DNA of 64,000 bases from an uncultured Nitrospiraceae bacterium (GCA_963727805.1 CAVSHF010000003.1:288001-352000), one strand, 5' to 3'; counted from the first letter of the stretch, positions 1-10,310 are shown. Made by a program: numbers and translations. Notes: generated by a model from the letters alone, not told the origin.

Positions 1-2
1 GG

Positions 3-215
3 ACTGGCAGACAGATTGACACAGGCGTAGGCCTGGCGACATCACCTCTTATTTCTACGAAACCTGGAGGCGCTGGTGTGGATTTATATATAACATTCAG
101 TGGCGGAGGTGCTTCCGGGGCTTCAACGGATGAACAGATAAAGCATAGAAATGATATACCTACCGATCCAGTTACCAATAGACTATTATATTGGAAAGAC
201 AAAAGAGTGCAGTAA
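3..215 (+). CDS. C-terminal end of a PilY1-like pilus adhesin (5'-truncated by window)
   Basis: Frame 3 is open from the window edge: TGRQIDTGVGLATSPLIST...NRLLYWKDKRVQ*. This resembles the C-terminal GxGxxSxP...YW(R/K)D motif of PilY1. The stop overlaps the next ATG (TAATG). Confidence 0.6.
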   Translation, partial: TGRQIDTGVGLATSPLISTKPGGAGVDLYITFSGGGASGASTDEQIKHRNDIPTDPVTNRLLYWKDKRVQ

Positions 216-985
216 TGCCATTGAGTAAGGACGGACAAAAGAGAAAGTTTGTCGTTTATGTGAGCGCAATAGCAATCATAGGTGGTTTGTTATTCGCCGC
301 ATATTGGGCAGTGAAAAATACTGGACTGTCATCTGACAATCGCCCGGAAGCAGGTAACAAGGGATTCTTTAAAGAAATTCCAGAGCAGCAATCAAGAAAC
401 GGTGCTGCTGCTATTCAGCAGCAGCAAACCGGGATACACTCTCTAATTGAAGGGCTGATTTTTAATCCTGTGCGGCCCACTGTTCTGGATGCTTTGAAGG
501 TGGAAGTACAGGTCCGTGTTCCTAAAGAGGGAAAGCTGTCATATGAGTATCAGTGGCAATTAAATGGCAAGCCGGTTGGGGGAGTCAGCGGTGCTACCTT
601 TCCGGCCGGTCTTGCCAAGAAAAATGATAGAGTTACCATAACGGTTGTCCCTTCAGTCGATGGCGTCGCATACAAAGAGTTCAGTTACAGTATTACTAAG
701 AATATCTATAATGCCGCGCCATCTTTACTATTAAACACAGAAACAAGAAAGACCGGTGATATCATAGAGCTTCAGCTTATAGGCAGCGACCCTGATGGGG
801 ATAAAATCACCTATGCTCTGGAGGAACCATTTCTTGAAGGGATGTCTATTGATAAGGTGACCGGGAAAATTATTTGGAAGCCAACGAAAATAGGAGTCGG
901 AACATACCGTTTCGGTGCATCGGCGACCGACTCTGATGGATCAAAGACAACTAAAACCCTTGAGTTTAGTCTGGACGTAAAATAG
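215..985 (+). CDS. Membrane-anchored Ig-like domain protein (pilus-cluster associated)
   Basis: N-terminal TM helix, then Ig/cadherin-like motifs (YEYQW, SDPDGDKITY, GMSIDKVTGKIIW). ATG 215 is translationally coupled to the upstream stop. Confidence 0.7.
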   Translation: MPLSKDGQKRKFVVYVSAIAIIGGLLFAAYWAVKNTGLSSDNRPEAGNKGFFKEIPEQQSRNGAAAIQQQQTGIHSLIEGLIFNPVRPTVLDALKVEVQVRVPKEGKLSYEYQWQLNGKPVGGVSGATFPAGLAKKNDRVTITVVPSVDGVAYKEFSYSITKNIYNAAPSLLLNTETRKTGDIIELQLIGSDPDGDKITYALEEPFLEGMSIDKVTGKIIWKPTKIGVGTYRFGASATDSDGSKTTKTLEFSLDVK

Positions 986-1166
986 ATCAGTATTCCTCGT
1001 ACATATTCATTTTCCCCGTGCCCTATCGAATTAAATTCTGCATCCTCCCCGTATTATTTTGCAACTTAAATTAAAGAACGTGTTGTCAGTAATCAAATAA
1101 GAAGGACGTCTATATAGCATAAAAGTATATAGGATTCCTTCAGGTTACGTGAAACAATTTTTTATG

Positions 1167-1182
1167 TGTGATTAGCATCACC
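1167..1182 (+). promoter_or_regulatory. CRP/FNR-family-like box TGTGA-TTAGCA-TCACC
   Basis: Near-consensus TGTGA-N6-TCACA. One of four identical-format sites; TACAAT -10 at 1243. Confidence 0.6.
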
Positions 1183-1376
1183 TAGCAAGCAAATTGTATC
1201 CTTTTTGTGCGTTATTGCACAGTTTTAATTGTTTATTTGAAGTACAATTGAAAAAGATATCAGTTAGAAATATTTTGTAATTTTAGAGAGCGCGTCAAAG
1301 AAAAGATGTCAAATCAAAGATATTGCAAAGCATATTGGATACGAAAAAATCGAGAGCTTTTATGGAGGAGACGATT

Positions 1377-2294
1377 ATGTCTATTATAAAGGTCTTGATT
1401 GTCTGGTGTATGCTAAGCTGTCTTTTATTGATCGCACTTCCGGCTCTGGCAGGAGAGGAGGTCGTGTCCACAATAGTTCAGGTGAACGACTATTCAAGGG
1501 CCGTATACGAGGCTATAAAAAAATACGGATTTGAATTGAAGGAACCCGTGCCTGTGAGGCTGGTGGATGAAAAAACACTTTTGGAAGCGTCAAAGACATC
1601 CGGATCTGCTGGACTTACGCGACTTGAGTATCAGCTCGTGCCCGGAGGCAAGAACTTGGTATCCAGCGAAATACTTATCCTGAGCGGTTTTTCAGTCCCG
1701 ATATTCCAGAGGCATTTGGCTAAGGAATTGTGCCATGTCTGGATCCATCAGCAGGGCAATCATGAGCTGCATAGGATATTCGAAGAGGGCAGCTGCGAAG
1801 CGATTTCCTTTATCGCGGTCTATGAAATTGGATCACCAGAAGCTGCCATGATAATGCGGTCGATAGAACATAATCCTGATGCAATCTATGGAGTTGGATT
1901 TAGGTCAGTCAGAGACTATATAAGACAGCATGGGATGGCAGATTGGCGTGACATGATAGCTGGACATAATATATATGTTTGGGCTGAAAATGCTTTCCCT
2001 GAGACACCTGCTGAGACTCCGCGCATCGATCCCGTGAGCATCGTATCCGTCGAAGGCGATTCAACGATCAGCAATGCGCACAACATTTTGTTGCCCCAGT
2101 CCAATAATAGAGCTTCTGTGGATATAGTTCCCGATTCGACAATCAAGAGATATACTACGATTGTTTTTACTCTTATTGAAGAACCCAGCTCACGGTTTAA
2201 TATAAAGATGAGTATCATACTTACATCGTTTCTAATCTTAACGATCGCGTTTCTTGTTATAATATTTGCGCGTTATTTAGCATGTCGTACCTGA
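1377..2294 (+). CDS. Secreted/membrane-anchored DA1-like zinc-peptidase-fold protein
   Basis: GGAGGAG RBS before ATG 1377, signal peptide and C-terminal TM helix. The motifs LAKELCHVW...EEGSCE...YGVGFR resemble the DA1 domain (AHExxHAW...EEG.C...YG.GFR). Confidence 0.55.
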   Translation: MSIIKVLIVWCMLSCLLLIALPALAGEEVVSTIVQVNDYSRAVYEAIKKYGFELKEPVPVRLVDEKTLLEASKTSGSAGLTRLEYQLVPGGKNLVSSEILILSGFSVPIFQRHLAKELCHVWIHQQGNHELHRIFEEGSCEAISFIAVYEIGSPEAAMIMRSIEHNPDAIYGVGFRSVRDYIRQHGMADWRDMIAGHNIYVWAENAFPETPAETPRIDPVSIVSVEGDSTISNAHNILLPQSNNRASVDIVPDSTIKRYTTIVFTLIEEPSSRFNIKMSIILTSFLILTIAFLVIIFARYLACRT

Positions 2295-2767
2295 ATATGT
2301 TTTTTTGTAGCATATGAGCCTAAGAGATAAGTAGGTAACCAATTAATTTGGCCGACGCTTTTAATGACAATTGGATCCAAATGCAAACCTTAACTTCCAG
2401 ATAAGAAGTCCTCTTCGACGAGATGGGGATGAATTGCCAGTGTTTGTGTGGGCTGACAATCTTATTGTCGGTCGCCAAGGGAAGACAATACAGCGAGAGA
2501 GTTTCTCGGACGAATCTCTCTCACAGGATTCCTAAGATCGCTATTCATGAGATACCTCGGGTACCCACGGTAGCTGCTATCGGCAATAGTTACCCTTTAG
2601 AAGGCCGACCTCTACCCCGGTCTGCTTGCGTTATTTTCGAGAAAAGGAACCAAGGGTTTATCGGTAGATGAAAAGAAGCCAGTCGGGGGATCTTCTGGGA
2701 GAAGCGATAGACTTACTGAAGGAATATGGGAAGAATTAGGTGAGACCGTGGTTACACCCCAGCGAAA

Positions 2768-2950
2768 CTAATGCGCTGCTTCCCTGTATTTATCGGCTAA
2801 ATGCTTGATACGTTCCAAGTGTATCGAGAGCCCGGTCGAACCCTGAAGCTTTCTATCCATTTCTACTGCTGAATCAATTGCCTCACAAAGCGTGTCAAAG
2901 ATACTTTCTCGATCGAGGTATAAATGTGAAGTCGTTGTATGGTCGATCAT
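2768..2950 (-). CDS. Small conserved hypothetical protein (paralog of 26306..26518)
   Basis: Clear paralog in the window (EAIDSA..D.KLQGST.LS.HLE.IKHLAD.YRE); RBS GAGGG upstream. Confidence 0.7.
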   Translation of the reverse strand: MIDHTTTSHLYLDRESIFDTLCEAIDSAVEMDRKLQGSTGLSIHLERIKHLADKYREAAH

Positions 2951-2962
2951 GATCCCTCGCTG

Positions 2963-3178
2963 CTAAAGCACGACTTCGAAGATCTGAGTCGCGCGCCTTT
3001 CATATCCAGCGCAAGGTTTTTGATTTTGTTTTCTTGTGGGATCTGCAGCCACAGTAATCCATCTTTCTTCGGAACTGCGGTAAAACATTTTGATCTTTTT
3101 GCAATCGATGCCGAGTTGGAGGATAAAAACAGGAATCGTATCGCATGTATTATCGTGGTATACAACTCTTATGATCAT
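2963..3178 (-). CDS. GSU3473-family-like small protein
   Basis: MIIRVVY...KIKMFYRSSEERWITV..DP.R...ERR pattern; paralog at 26548..26778. Confidence 0.7.
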   Translation of the reverse strand: MIIRVVYHDNTCDTIPVFILQLGIDCKKIKMFYRSSEERWITVAADPTRKQNQKPCAGYERRATQIFEVVL

Positions 3179-3271
3179 ATTGTCTCGCTCCCCATGTTAA
3201 TCTCTTCTTATTATCATCATAACTCTCTTGGTATCACAAGGGAATACCTAAAAAAAGGATATTGCCTCTTT

Positions 3272-3287
3272 GGTGATGGACATCACA
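3272..3287 (-). promoter_or_regulatory. CRP/FNR-family-like box (minus: TGTGA-TGTCCA-TCACC)
   Basis: Conserved in the paralogous promoter at 26871. TATGAT -10 at 3221-3216. Confidence 0.65.
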
Positions 3288-3429
3288 AAAGATGTTATTA
3301 ATTCCACCAGGGATATAACTGGAGCATATCGCCGTTGATAATAAAAAAACTGCAAGCCAAGTGATCGCACTCTTACTGAAGAAATACGGGGAGTGGAGAT
3401 TAGAAAGGGAGACAGCTTCATTGAATCAG

Positions 3430-3990
3430 ATGAGAGTCTATTAAATAAAATATGGCACTCCTTGTGGAGTGGAATCCCATCTCAACTCGGCCCCCGGAAA
3501 CAATGGTAGAAGTAATCAGACCATTTGCTCCGAGTACGGCGCTTTTGAGCTTGCAACTCCATGAAATAGAAATGTTACAATCGAATCCGAACTTTTAAAG
3601 AAGCGACAGGCACGCTGGGAAAATCACTTGATGACAAAATCATAGCGTCTATGTCTGGAATGAGGTACACAGAAATACCTCTTCACATGAGGATATATAC
3701 AGGACAGGCTAGAGCTTTGTCCTGCGACGCTCAGTACTATTTCCGATAACATCGTTACCCGTGATAAGGGAATGCCAGGGGCGGCCTCTTGAGAAAATCA
3801 TTGCCTTCGTATGGATGGAATGCATTCATGACAAAGCGCGCGAGGAGGGTGAGATCGTAGTCAAAGCTGTCTACATGATTTTGGGCTTGAATCTTAAGGG
3901 GATCAGGGACGACATAGGAATTTACATCTCCAACAGCCGATGAGCTAGCTTGTTGCTGCAGGTTTGGACTGACCTGTCAAACCGTAGACA
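3430..3990 (+). pseudogene. IS256-family transposase remnant
   Basis: Fragments across frames: RNNGRS..SEYGAFELATP, LDDKII, IRECQGRPLEKIIAFVWMECIHDKAREEGEIVVKAVYMILGLNLKG, LLQVWTDLSNR. Multiple stops and frameshifts. Confidence 0.8.
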
Positions 3991-4100
3991 GTCTTAAAGG
4001 GTTCGACTTAGCGATAAAGACCATATTTCCCGTCGGAATCGTTGCGGTGTATTAATTTGACTCAGATTAAACGAGGATCCTTCGGTGCTAGTGGCATCGA

Positions 4101-4349
4101 TTAGGGACAAACTCGGAGACCAGCCCTGCCATTTGCGACCCAGACGACTACGGCCTTTGTCTTGGGGTCGGCAATGCTCACCCTTTCTCCTTTGCGTAGT
4201 ACTGCAGTCGAGACAATACCCAACCCGCGGCCACTGATATCGATTATTTTGCATGTACATCGATTCCCGAGTGAATCATGGCATTCAGTAATATAATTGC
4301 ATTTAAGCCTAGACCAGGACCGTTCTTCTTTTATCTGAAATTCCTGCAT
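4101..4349 (-). CDS. Stand-alone PilZ domain protein
   Basis: RSWSR (RxxxR) and DISGRG (DxSxxG) motifs, with a VVW..GRAGLR tail. Confidence 0.8.
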   Translation of the reverse strand: MQEFQIKEERSWSRLKCNYITECHDSLGNRCTCKIIDISGRGLGIVSTAVLRKGERVSIADPKTKAVVVWVANGRAGLRVCP

Positions 4350-4483
4350 TAGTTCTCTTCTTTATCTCTGCTGTTTTGTCTTAAAAATCTTCAGCGCAAT
4401 TTTATTTGACTACCGGTCATGATTGTCGCAGTCTTCCACCCTTCTTAATTCATGGGGAGTAGGGTAGCTTATACCAAAAAGAT

Positions 4484-4852
4484 CTATGACAAGCCTCCCT
4501 GTTGGAATTGTAGGAGTTCGCAAATCTTCCCATTCAGATCGATGATCTCTTGCTTTATTTTACGTATCTGAGCCTTTGTGATATATCCCATCTGTTCGGT
4601 TAAGACGAGAGTCTTTAGAACCTCTTCGAGGCAATTGAGTGCCCTATAAAAATGGTCCTTCCCATCCTTTATATTTTTCATCATAAACCCCTCGGCGAGG
4701 TAGGATGGAATGGAAAAGGTCATCTTTCTTAAGCTACTCCCAATATCGCAGGAACCTAATGAAGAGACACGATCAGTAATCTTTTGTATTGCATCGGCAA
4801 GTTCTGATCCTTTCTGCCATATCTTAAAATTATCAAGACGATTCTTGGGCAT
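4484..4852 (-). CDS. Four-helix bundle protein (23S rRNA IVP/S23-like family)
   Basis: KIWQKG..LA...SIPSYLAEGF pattern typical of the family. Confidence 0.75.
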   Translation of the reverse strand: MPKNRLDNFKIWQKGSELADAIQKITDRVSSLGSCDIGSSLRKMTFSIPSYLAEGFMMKNIKDGKDHFYRALNCLEEVLKTLVLTEQMGYITKAQIRKIKQEIIDLNGKICELLQFQQGGLS

Positions 4853-5226
4853 GTTCCAAATCTCTCCTATATACAGATTTGACTCCCAAAGAAACCAACG
4901 TGAATTCGATTCTCAATCCAATCCACTTTCAGCCTTTCATAAAATCATAGAGTCAGTTCATTAAGATTCAATGAAAATTAGATTAAGTTTTCTTCATTTC
5001 CGGTTCATGCATTGCTGTCTTGTTCGAGTATACTGCGCAGATAGAGGAACCCGACGAACTCTGGCGGATCTTTGATGAACCTTTTTAAGATGTCTTGCAA
5101 CCCCGTACGATACCGCAGGATATCATTGAAAAACAAAATAAAAACGGAAGCATTTTGACCGCTCGGGCATTTTTATGGTAGATAAGAGACTAATATCTTC
5201 GAGGTCAAGAACATACCGGAGAGCAA

Positions 5227-5967
5227 ATGAGTATAGTACGGTCATTTGCAGCAAGTGATAAAGGGTTGGTCCGCAGCGAGAATGAGGACTCATATGTGCT
5301 CCATATCCCCGATGACGCGCGCATACTCCAACGCAAAGGAATCCTAGCTGTTGTCGCTGACGGTGTCGGTGGAGGACCTGCCGGCAAGTTGGCAAGCTCA
5401 ATGGCGGTGGAAATCGTGAAGGACCTGTATTATCGTCTCACCGGTGAGGATAATTCAGCGTCCCTCCGGGATTCCCTGCAGTTTGCAAACACAGAAATAT
5501 ATAAAGCCGGCCAGCAGAACCCTGGACTGCGGGAGATGGCGACAACCTGTACAGCCTTTGTATTACGGAACCATGAAGGATTCATGAGTCATGCTGGCGA
5601 CAGCAGAGCTTATCTTCTTCGTAAAAAGGAATTAATCCAGATTTCAGAAGACCATACTCTCGTGAACGAGCTTGTAAAAGAAGGCATTATCTCGCCGGAG
5701 GAAGGAAGAAAACATCCACAGAGAAACATTATTCTGAGGGCGCTCGGGACTGTACGCCATATTGAGCCAGATTTGCGGCGGGTTGACCTGGAGGAGAACG
5801 ATGCCCTGCTGCTGTGCAGCGACGGTCTTCACGGCTATGTATCCGACGAAGAAATATCTTCGCTTTTGTTAACTAACCCTATCGAAGAGGCGGGACGCAA
5901 GCTTATCGGTCTAGCCCTTGCAAAGGGAGGCCCCGATAATATAACGGTTTTGCTGTTGAATGTGTGA
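5227..5967 (+). CDS. PP2C/Stp1-family Ser/Thr protein phosphatase
   Basis: GLVRSENEDS, VADGVGG, HAGDSRAY, LCSDGL and GGPDNIT motifs. Confidence 0.95.
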   Translation: MSIVRSFAASDKGLVRSENEDSYVLHIPDDARILQRKGILAVVADGVGGGPAGKLASSMAVEIVKDLYYRLTGEDNSASLRDSLQFANTEIYKAGQQNPGLREMATTCTAFVLRNHEGFMSHAGDSRAYLLRKKELIQISEDHTLVNELVKEGIISPEEGRKHPQRNIILRALGTVRHIEPDLRRVDLEENDALLLCSDGLHGYVSDEEISSLLLTNPIEEAGRKLIGLALAKGGPDNITVLLLNV

Positions 5968-6533
5968 GCGTGGCTGTTATGTCCTTCCACGACCCATTAC
6001 CGAGTCAGTGGGAAGAATGTAGTCGTGATGCTTATTTTCAGAAATACACATTTCTGCATTTATCGCCGGACGAATGACTCGGAAATGAAATCCGCGGCCG
6101 GAGAGAGTCATTCTCCGCGGATATTCCTTGGTGGATGTTTCAATAGCAAAGTGCTACTTACTATCCGCATTTAAGCAGTATAGACATCATTGTAACATTT
6201 CCTTCTCCTACAAAGGCTTTATGAAGGTGCTATAATTGTGCGTGTTTCAAATGGATGCAGACTGACTCTGGGGTCATCCGTACTGAGTCTGTCAACGGCC
6301 AACACCCAGATTTGTGAAGAGAATAATATTGGAGATTATTTGGGAAACCTCTCGGCAGGAAGCTCAGCGCACAGCGTGCTTCTTCGTCTTGGTCCACTTG
6401 AGAGTACAATTACTGTTTCTTCTCTGAAGTGGACGGTGTCAATAAATGCCTTTACCGCCATATCATTTTTTATCTGTTCACTATTCTTATAAGATATCCC
6501 ACCTCGCTATGAATCAATAAAAGACAATTTATT

Positions 6534-6842
6534 CTATCCTGGGGAAGTTTTTATAAACTCGATACCTATTGAGCTATCTTCATCGTTTCGCCAGACGATT
6601 TTTCCGGAAACTGCGGGATCAACCAGATGAATTATTGATCCGACTCCCAGTTTGATTTCGCACGATAATTTCATTCCTGATTCTGATGCATCAATTATTA
6701 CAGCACCGAATTTGCGTTTGCAAAAGACAAACTCCGTTGTTTCACAAGCATGAATGCGAGCCTCCTTGCGCCTGCTCAGGAATGTAACTATAGTTGTCTT
6801 TGTTTTCCGAGTATGATAAGAGCTAAAGGAATTTTTAAACAT
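6534..6842 (-). CDS. Stand-alone PilZ domain protein
   Basis: RRKEAR and DASESG motifs, with an IVW...IGIEF tail. Confidence 0.8.
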   Translation of the reverse strand: MFKNSFSSYHTRKTKTTIVTFLSRRKEARIHACETTEFVFCKRKFGAVIIDASESGMKLSCEIKLGVGSIIHLVDPAVSGKIVWRNDEDSSIGIEFIKTSPG

Positions 6843-7037
6843 AACGCCTCCCCGTTTTTTATAAACTTTTCTTCCTTAAATGCAGAGAGTGATTACTGAG
6901 CCATAAATGCGAGCAACAGAAGAGATAAATAATTCATAGTGGTCGCAAATCTATGACGTCTCCATACTTAAATTATAGTTGAACTTGATCTCATAATCAT
7001 GGCTTCCACAGCCTAAAAATGAGCAATCTATAGATAT

Positions 7038-7053
7038 GGTGATAATGATCACA
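7038..7053 (-). promoter_or_regulatory. CRP/FNR-family-like box (minus: TGTGA-TCATTA-TCACC)
   Basis: Same format as the other three boxes. TATAAT on the minus strand at 6977-6972, upstream of the PilZ gene. Confidence 0.6.
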
Positions 7054-7357
7054 AATAACCGGGAATGCTATTTTCGCTATTAAATGTGACATATTTGCTG
7101 TTCTGGCGCGACTGTAACGCATGTTACAATTATCACTTCAGCCTTGATTTAAGAGCAACGACAAGACCAACGGTAGGATTGACAATCATTGCATTTCTGT
7201 TATTCTTTAACAGGTATTCTAACAGGTCATTAGACATTCTCATTCCTCATTTATGGTTTGTAGCAACCCGTTCGCTTTGTAGCGGAAAGAAAGGAGCCTC
7301 ATTCGGTAGGGAATATAACCGGCAACTCCTGCTGCAACAAATTAGAGGAGACAGACC

Positions 7358-9901
7358 ATGAGCAAACAAAAAAGGGTGAGTAGTCCGATCTACGCTTTAT
7401 TCCCCACTGAGCTCGAGGGATTCGAATCCTTGGCTGAGTTGGCGCTGGACATGCACTGGTATTGGAATCATTCTGCTGATGCTGTATGGAAACAGCTTGA
7501 TCCCGCACTATGGGAACTCACTTATAACCCATGGGTTGTCCTGCAAACGGTTTCGCGCGAGCATCTCCGCCGAGTGTTGAGTGATCCCGCTTTCCGCAAA
7601 AAGGTGGCTGATCTGTTGCGGGTGAGCCATAAAGCAGCAGCGACGCCTGCATGGTTTCAGCAAGATCATTCTGGGGCACTACTGACCTCTGTCGCATATT
7701 TCAGTATGGAGTTCATGTTGAGTGAAGCCCTCCCCATTTATTCAGGCGGGCTTGGCAATGTAGCCGGAGACCAACTCAAAACCGCAAGCGATCTGGGTGT
7801 TCCAGTTGTCGGCGTGGGGTTGCTCTACCAACAAGGTTATTTTCACCAAGTGATAGACAATGATGGAGCACAGCAAGCCCTCTTTCCATACAACGATCCC
7901 GGTCAATTACCGATAACGCCGGTACGCAAACCAAACGGAGAGTGGCTGAGGCTGGAGCTTGCGTTGCCCGGTTACTCTGTCTGGTTACGGGCCTGGCAGG
8001 TCCAGGTCGGCCGGGTGAAGCTGTACCTGCTGGATAGCAATGACCCGGCGAACTTCCCGGCTCGCCGGGGGATTACTAGTGAACTATACGGAGGCGGGCC
8101 GGAGTTGCGTCTCAATCAAGAACTCGTGCTCGGGATTGGGGGTTGGCGCCTGCTCAAGGCGCTCGGCATTAAGCCCGAAGTTTGCCATCTGAACGAAGGG
8201 CACGCCGCGTTTGCCGTATTGGAACGTGTCCAGACCTTTATGGAGGAGACAGGACAGCCCTTCGAAGTTGCGCTAACTGCCACGCGAGCAGGCAACGTCT
8301 TTACGACTCACACGGCGGTGGCTGCAGGTTTTGATCGATTCGCTCCATCGCTCATCGAACAGTACCTCGGTTCGTATGCCCATAACAACCTCGGTATCTC
8401 ACTCAACGATTTGCTTGCCATGGGCCGCCAGAACCCGAGAGACCCTTATGAACCTTTCAACATGGCATACCTGGCAGTACGAGGGAGCGGGGCGGTCAAT
8501 GGGGTAAGCCGCCTGCACGGGGAGGTGAGCAGGCATCTCTTTGAGCCTCTTTATCCTAACTGGCCACAAATCGAAGTGCCGGTCGGATACGTTACGAACG
8601 GGGTCCACATGTCGAGTTGGGATTCGGAAGAAGCTGACGCTTTATGGACGGGAACATGCGGAAAGAGTCGCTGGCATGGAACGCTGGAAACCCTGGAAGA
8701 GGACATGCGCATGCTTCCAGACTCTAGGCTTTGGGAGTGTCGCACTTCTGCTCGGGAGTCTCTGATTGACTATGTGCGCGAGCGGCTTTCCAGACAACTG
8801 GAAGCGGCAGGCGCCTCAACCGAGGAGGTTGAGGGTGCAAAGCATATTTTTGACGGCAATACATTGACGCTTGGCTTTGCACGCCGCTTTGCTTCATACA
8901 AGAGGCCAAACCTGCTGCTGCATGATCCAGAGCGGCTTCTTCACATCCTCACTAATCCTCAGCGTCCCGTGCAACTCATTATCGCCGGAAAGGCCCATCC
9001 GTCAGACCAGACGGGGCAGGCCCTGATTCAGGGATGGACACACTTCATCCGGCAGACCGAGGCAGCCAACCATGTGATCTTTCTGAGCGATTACGACATG
9101 CTTCTGACAGGACAACTGGTGCAGGGGGTGGATGTCTGGATCAATACACCGCGACGGCCTTGGGAGGCCTGCGGGACGAGCGGCATGAAAGTGCTCGTCA
9201 ATGGAGGTATCAATCTTTCGGAGTTGGACGGCTGGTGGGCGGAAGCCTACACACCTGAAGTAGGGTGGGCGTTAGGCGATGGTAAGGAACACGGTGATGA
9301 TCCGGCCTGGGATACTGTTGAAGCCGACGCGCTCTACGCATTGCTCGAAAGAGAGGTGATTCCTGAGTTTTATAACCGCGACCAAAAAGGCATTCCTGTG
9401 GCCTGGGTCGCGCGAATCCGTGAGAGCATGGCGCGACTGACACCACGCTTTTCAGCCAACCGCGCTGTGCGGGAATACACCGAGAAGTACTATATTCCTG
9501 CTGCTACTGCATACAGCGAGCGCGCTGCTGATAAGGGGGCAATAAGCGCGAGGATGGTGAGTTGGCTGCAGGCTGTGGAACAGGACTGGTCAAATCTACA
9601 TTTCGGCCTTATGAACGTAGCGAGTGACAGGGGGAAACATGTATTTGAGGTTCAGGTTTATTTAGGCGACCTTGACCCAAGTAGTGTACGCGTAGAACTT
9701 TATGCTGAAGGAGTGAACGGCGACGACCCGGTGCGACAAGAGATGGCACGCGACGGACAATTGGTGGGCGCGAGCGGCTTCATCTATAGCGTAGAGTTAC
9801 CTGCGACTCGTCCGGCCACGGACTATACCGCGCGAGTGATACCGTACCATCTCGGTGCGAAGGTTCCGCTCGAGGCGGCTCGAATCCTGTGGCAGCGGTG
9901 A
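7358..9901 (+). CDS. glgP: Alpha-glucan (glycogen) phosphorylase
   Basis: YSGGLG, HLNEGH, FARRFASYKR and EACGTSGMK (PLP lysine) motifs; 847 aa. Confidence 0.97.
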   Translation: MSKQKRVSSPIYALFPTELEGFESLAELALDMHWYWNHSADAVWKQLDPALWELTYNPWVVLQTVSREHLRRVLSDPAFRKKVADLLRVSHKAAATPAWFQQDHSGALLTSVAYFSMEFMLSEALPIYSGGLGNVAGDQLKTASDLGVPVVGVGLLYQQGYFHQVIDNDGAQQALFPYNDPGQLPITPVRKPNGEWLRLELALPGYSVWLRAWQVQVGRVKLYLLDSNDPANFPARRGITSELYGGGPELRLNQELVLGIGGWRLLKALGIKPEVCHLNEGHAAFAVLERVQTFMEETGQPFEVALTATRAGNVFTTHTAVAAGFDRFAPSLIEQYLGSYAHNNLGISLNDLLAMGRQNPRDPYEPFNMAYLAVRGSGAVNGVSRLHGEVSRHLFEPLYPNWPQIEVPVGYVTNGVHMSSWDSEEADALWTGTCGKSRWHGTLETLEEDMRMLPDSRLWECRTSARESLIDYVRERLSRQLEAAGASTEEVEGAKHIFDGNTLTLGFARRFASYKRPNLLLHDPERLLHILTNPQRPVQLIIAGKAHPSDQTGQALIQGWTHFIRQTEAANHVIFLSDYDMLLTGQLVQGVDVWINTPRRPWEACGTSGMKVLVNGGINLSELDGWWAEAYTPEVGWALGDGKEHGDDPAWDTVEADALYALLEREVIPEFYNRDQKGIPVAWVARIRESMARLTPRFSANRAVREYTEKYYIPAATAYSERAADKGAISARMVSWLQAVEQDWSNLHFGLMNVASDRGKHVFEVQVYLGDLDPSSVRVELYAEGVNGDDPVRQEMARDGQLVGASGFIYSVELPATRPATDYTARVIPYHLGAKVPLEAARILWQR

Positions 9902-9983
9902 TTCGATTGCAAACGAATCCAAGCCAAAGGTACATTTCACACTGAACGGCTAAAAGTTGATGCTTATGGTCCCATCTCATGCA

Positions 9984-10180
9984 TGCATCCAGACAATCAA
10001 CGGCGACTCGTCGAGCATCAAGTTCGCCTTGTTCCAGGTAGAAACCTCGTTGCAGTTGGTTCTTGAGGGCAGGATTGAGCAGACTGGGATGCTGGCGCCC
10101 AACTTTGTGGGAAAGGCTTGAACAAGGCCGATAACCTCTCGCGGCCGGTGGCTGCGCCGGACCGCAAGCGGTTTTCTGCG
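9984..10180 (+). pseudogene. ackA: Acetate kinase N-terminal remnant
   Basis: Reads IQTINGDSSSIKFALF...LEGRIEQTG (cf. ILxINxGSSSxKF), then a frameshift to ...ADNLSRPVAAPD and truncation. Confidence 0.7.
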
Positions 10181-10310
10181 GAAATACTCAATTGAAAAGA
10201 ACGCTCGAAGGATGGGTTAGAAAGAAAGGCGATATTGAGTAGTCTTATAGGTTGTTAAAATAATTATTATTTGACCTTTGGATGCACCTTTAACTGATCA
10301 TAGCCCTTTT

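Noticed and set aside
2300..2760. ORF 2423..2671 and surrounding sequence
   Set aside because: No recognisable motif or RBS. It may be decayed coding DNA but cannot be assigned.
4484..4852. DGR accessory Avd-like protein
   Set aside because: The fold family is related, but there is no reverse transcriptase or TR/VR pair in the window.
6180..6500. ORF 6238..6492 or a further PilZ remnant
   Set aside because: No convincing motifs in any frame.
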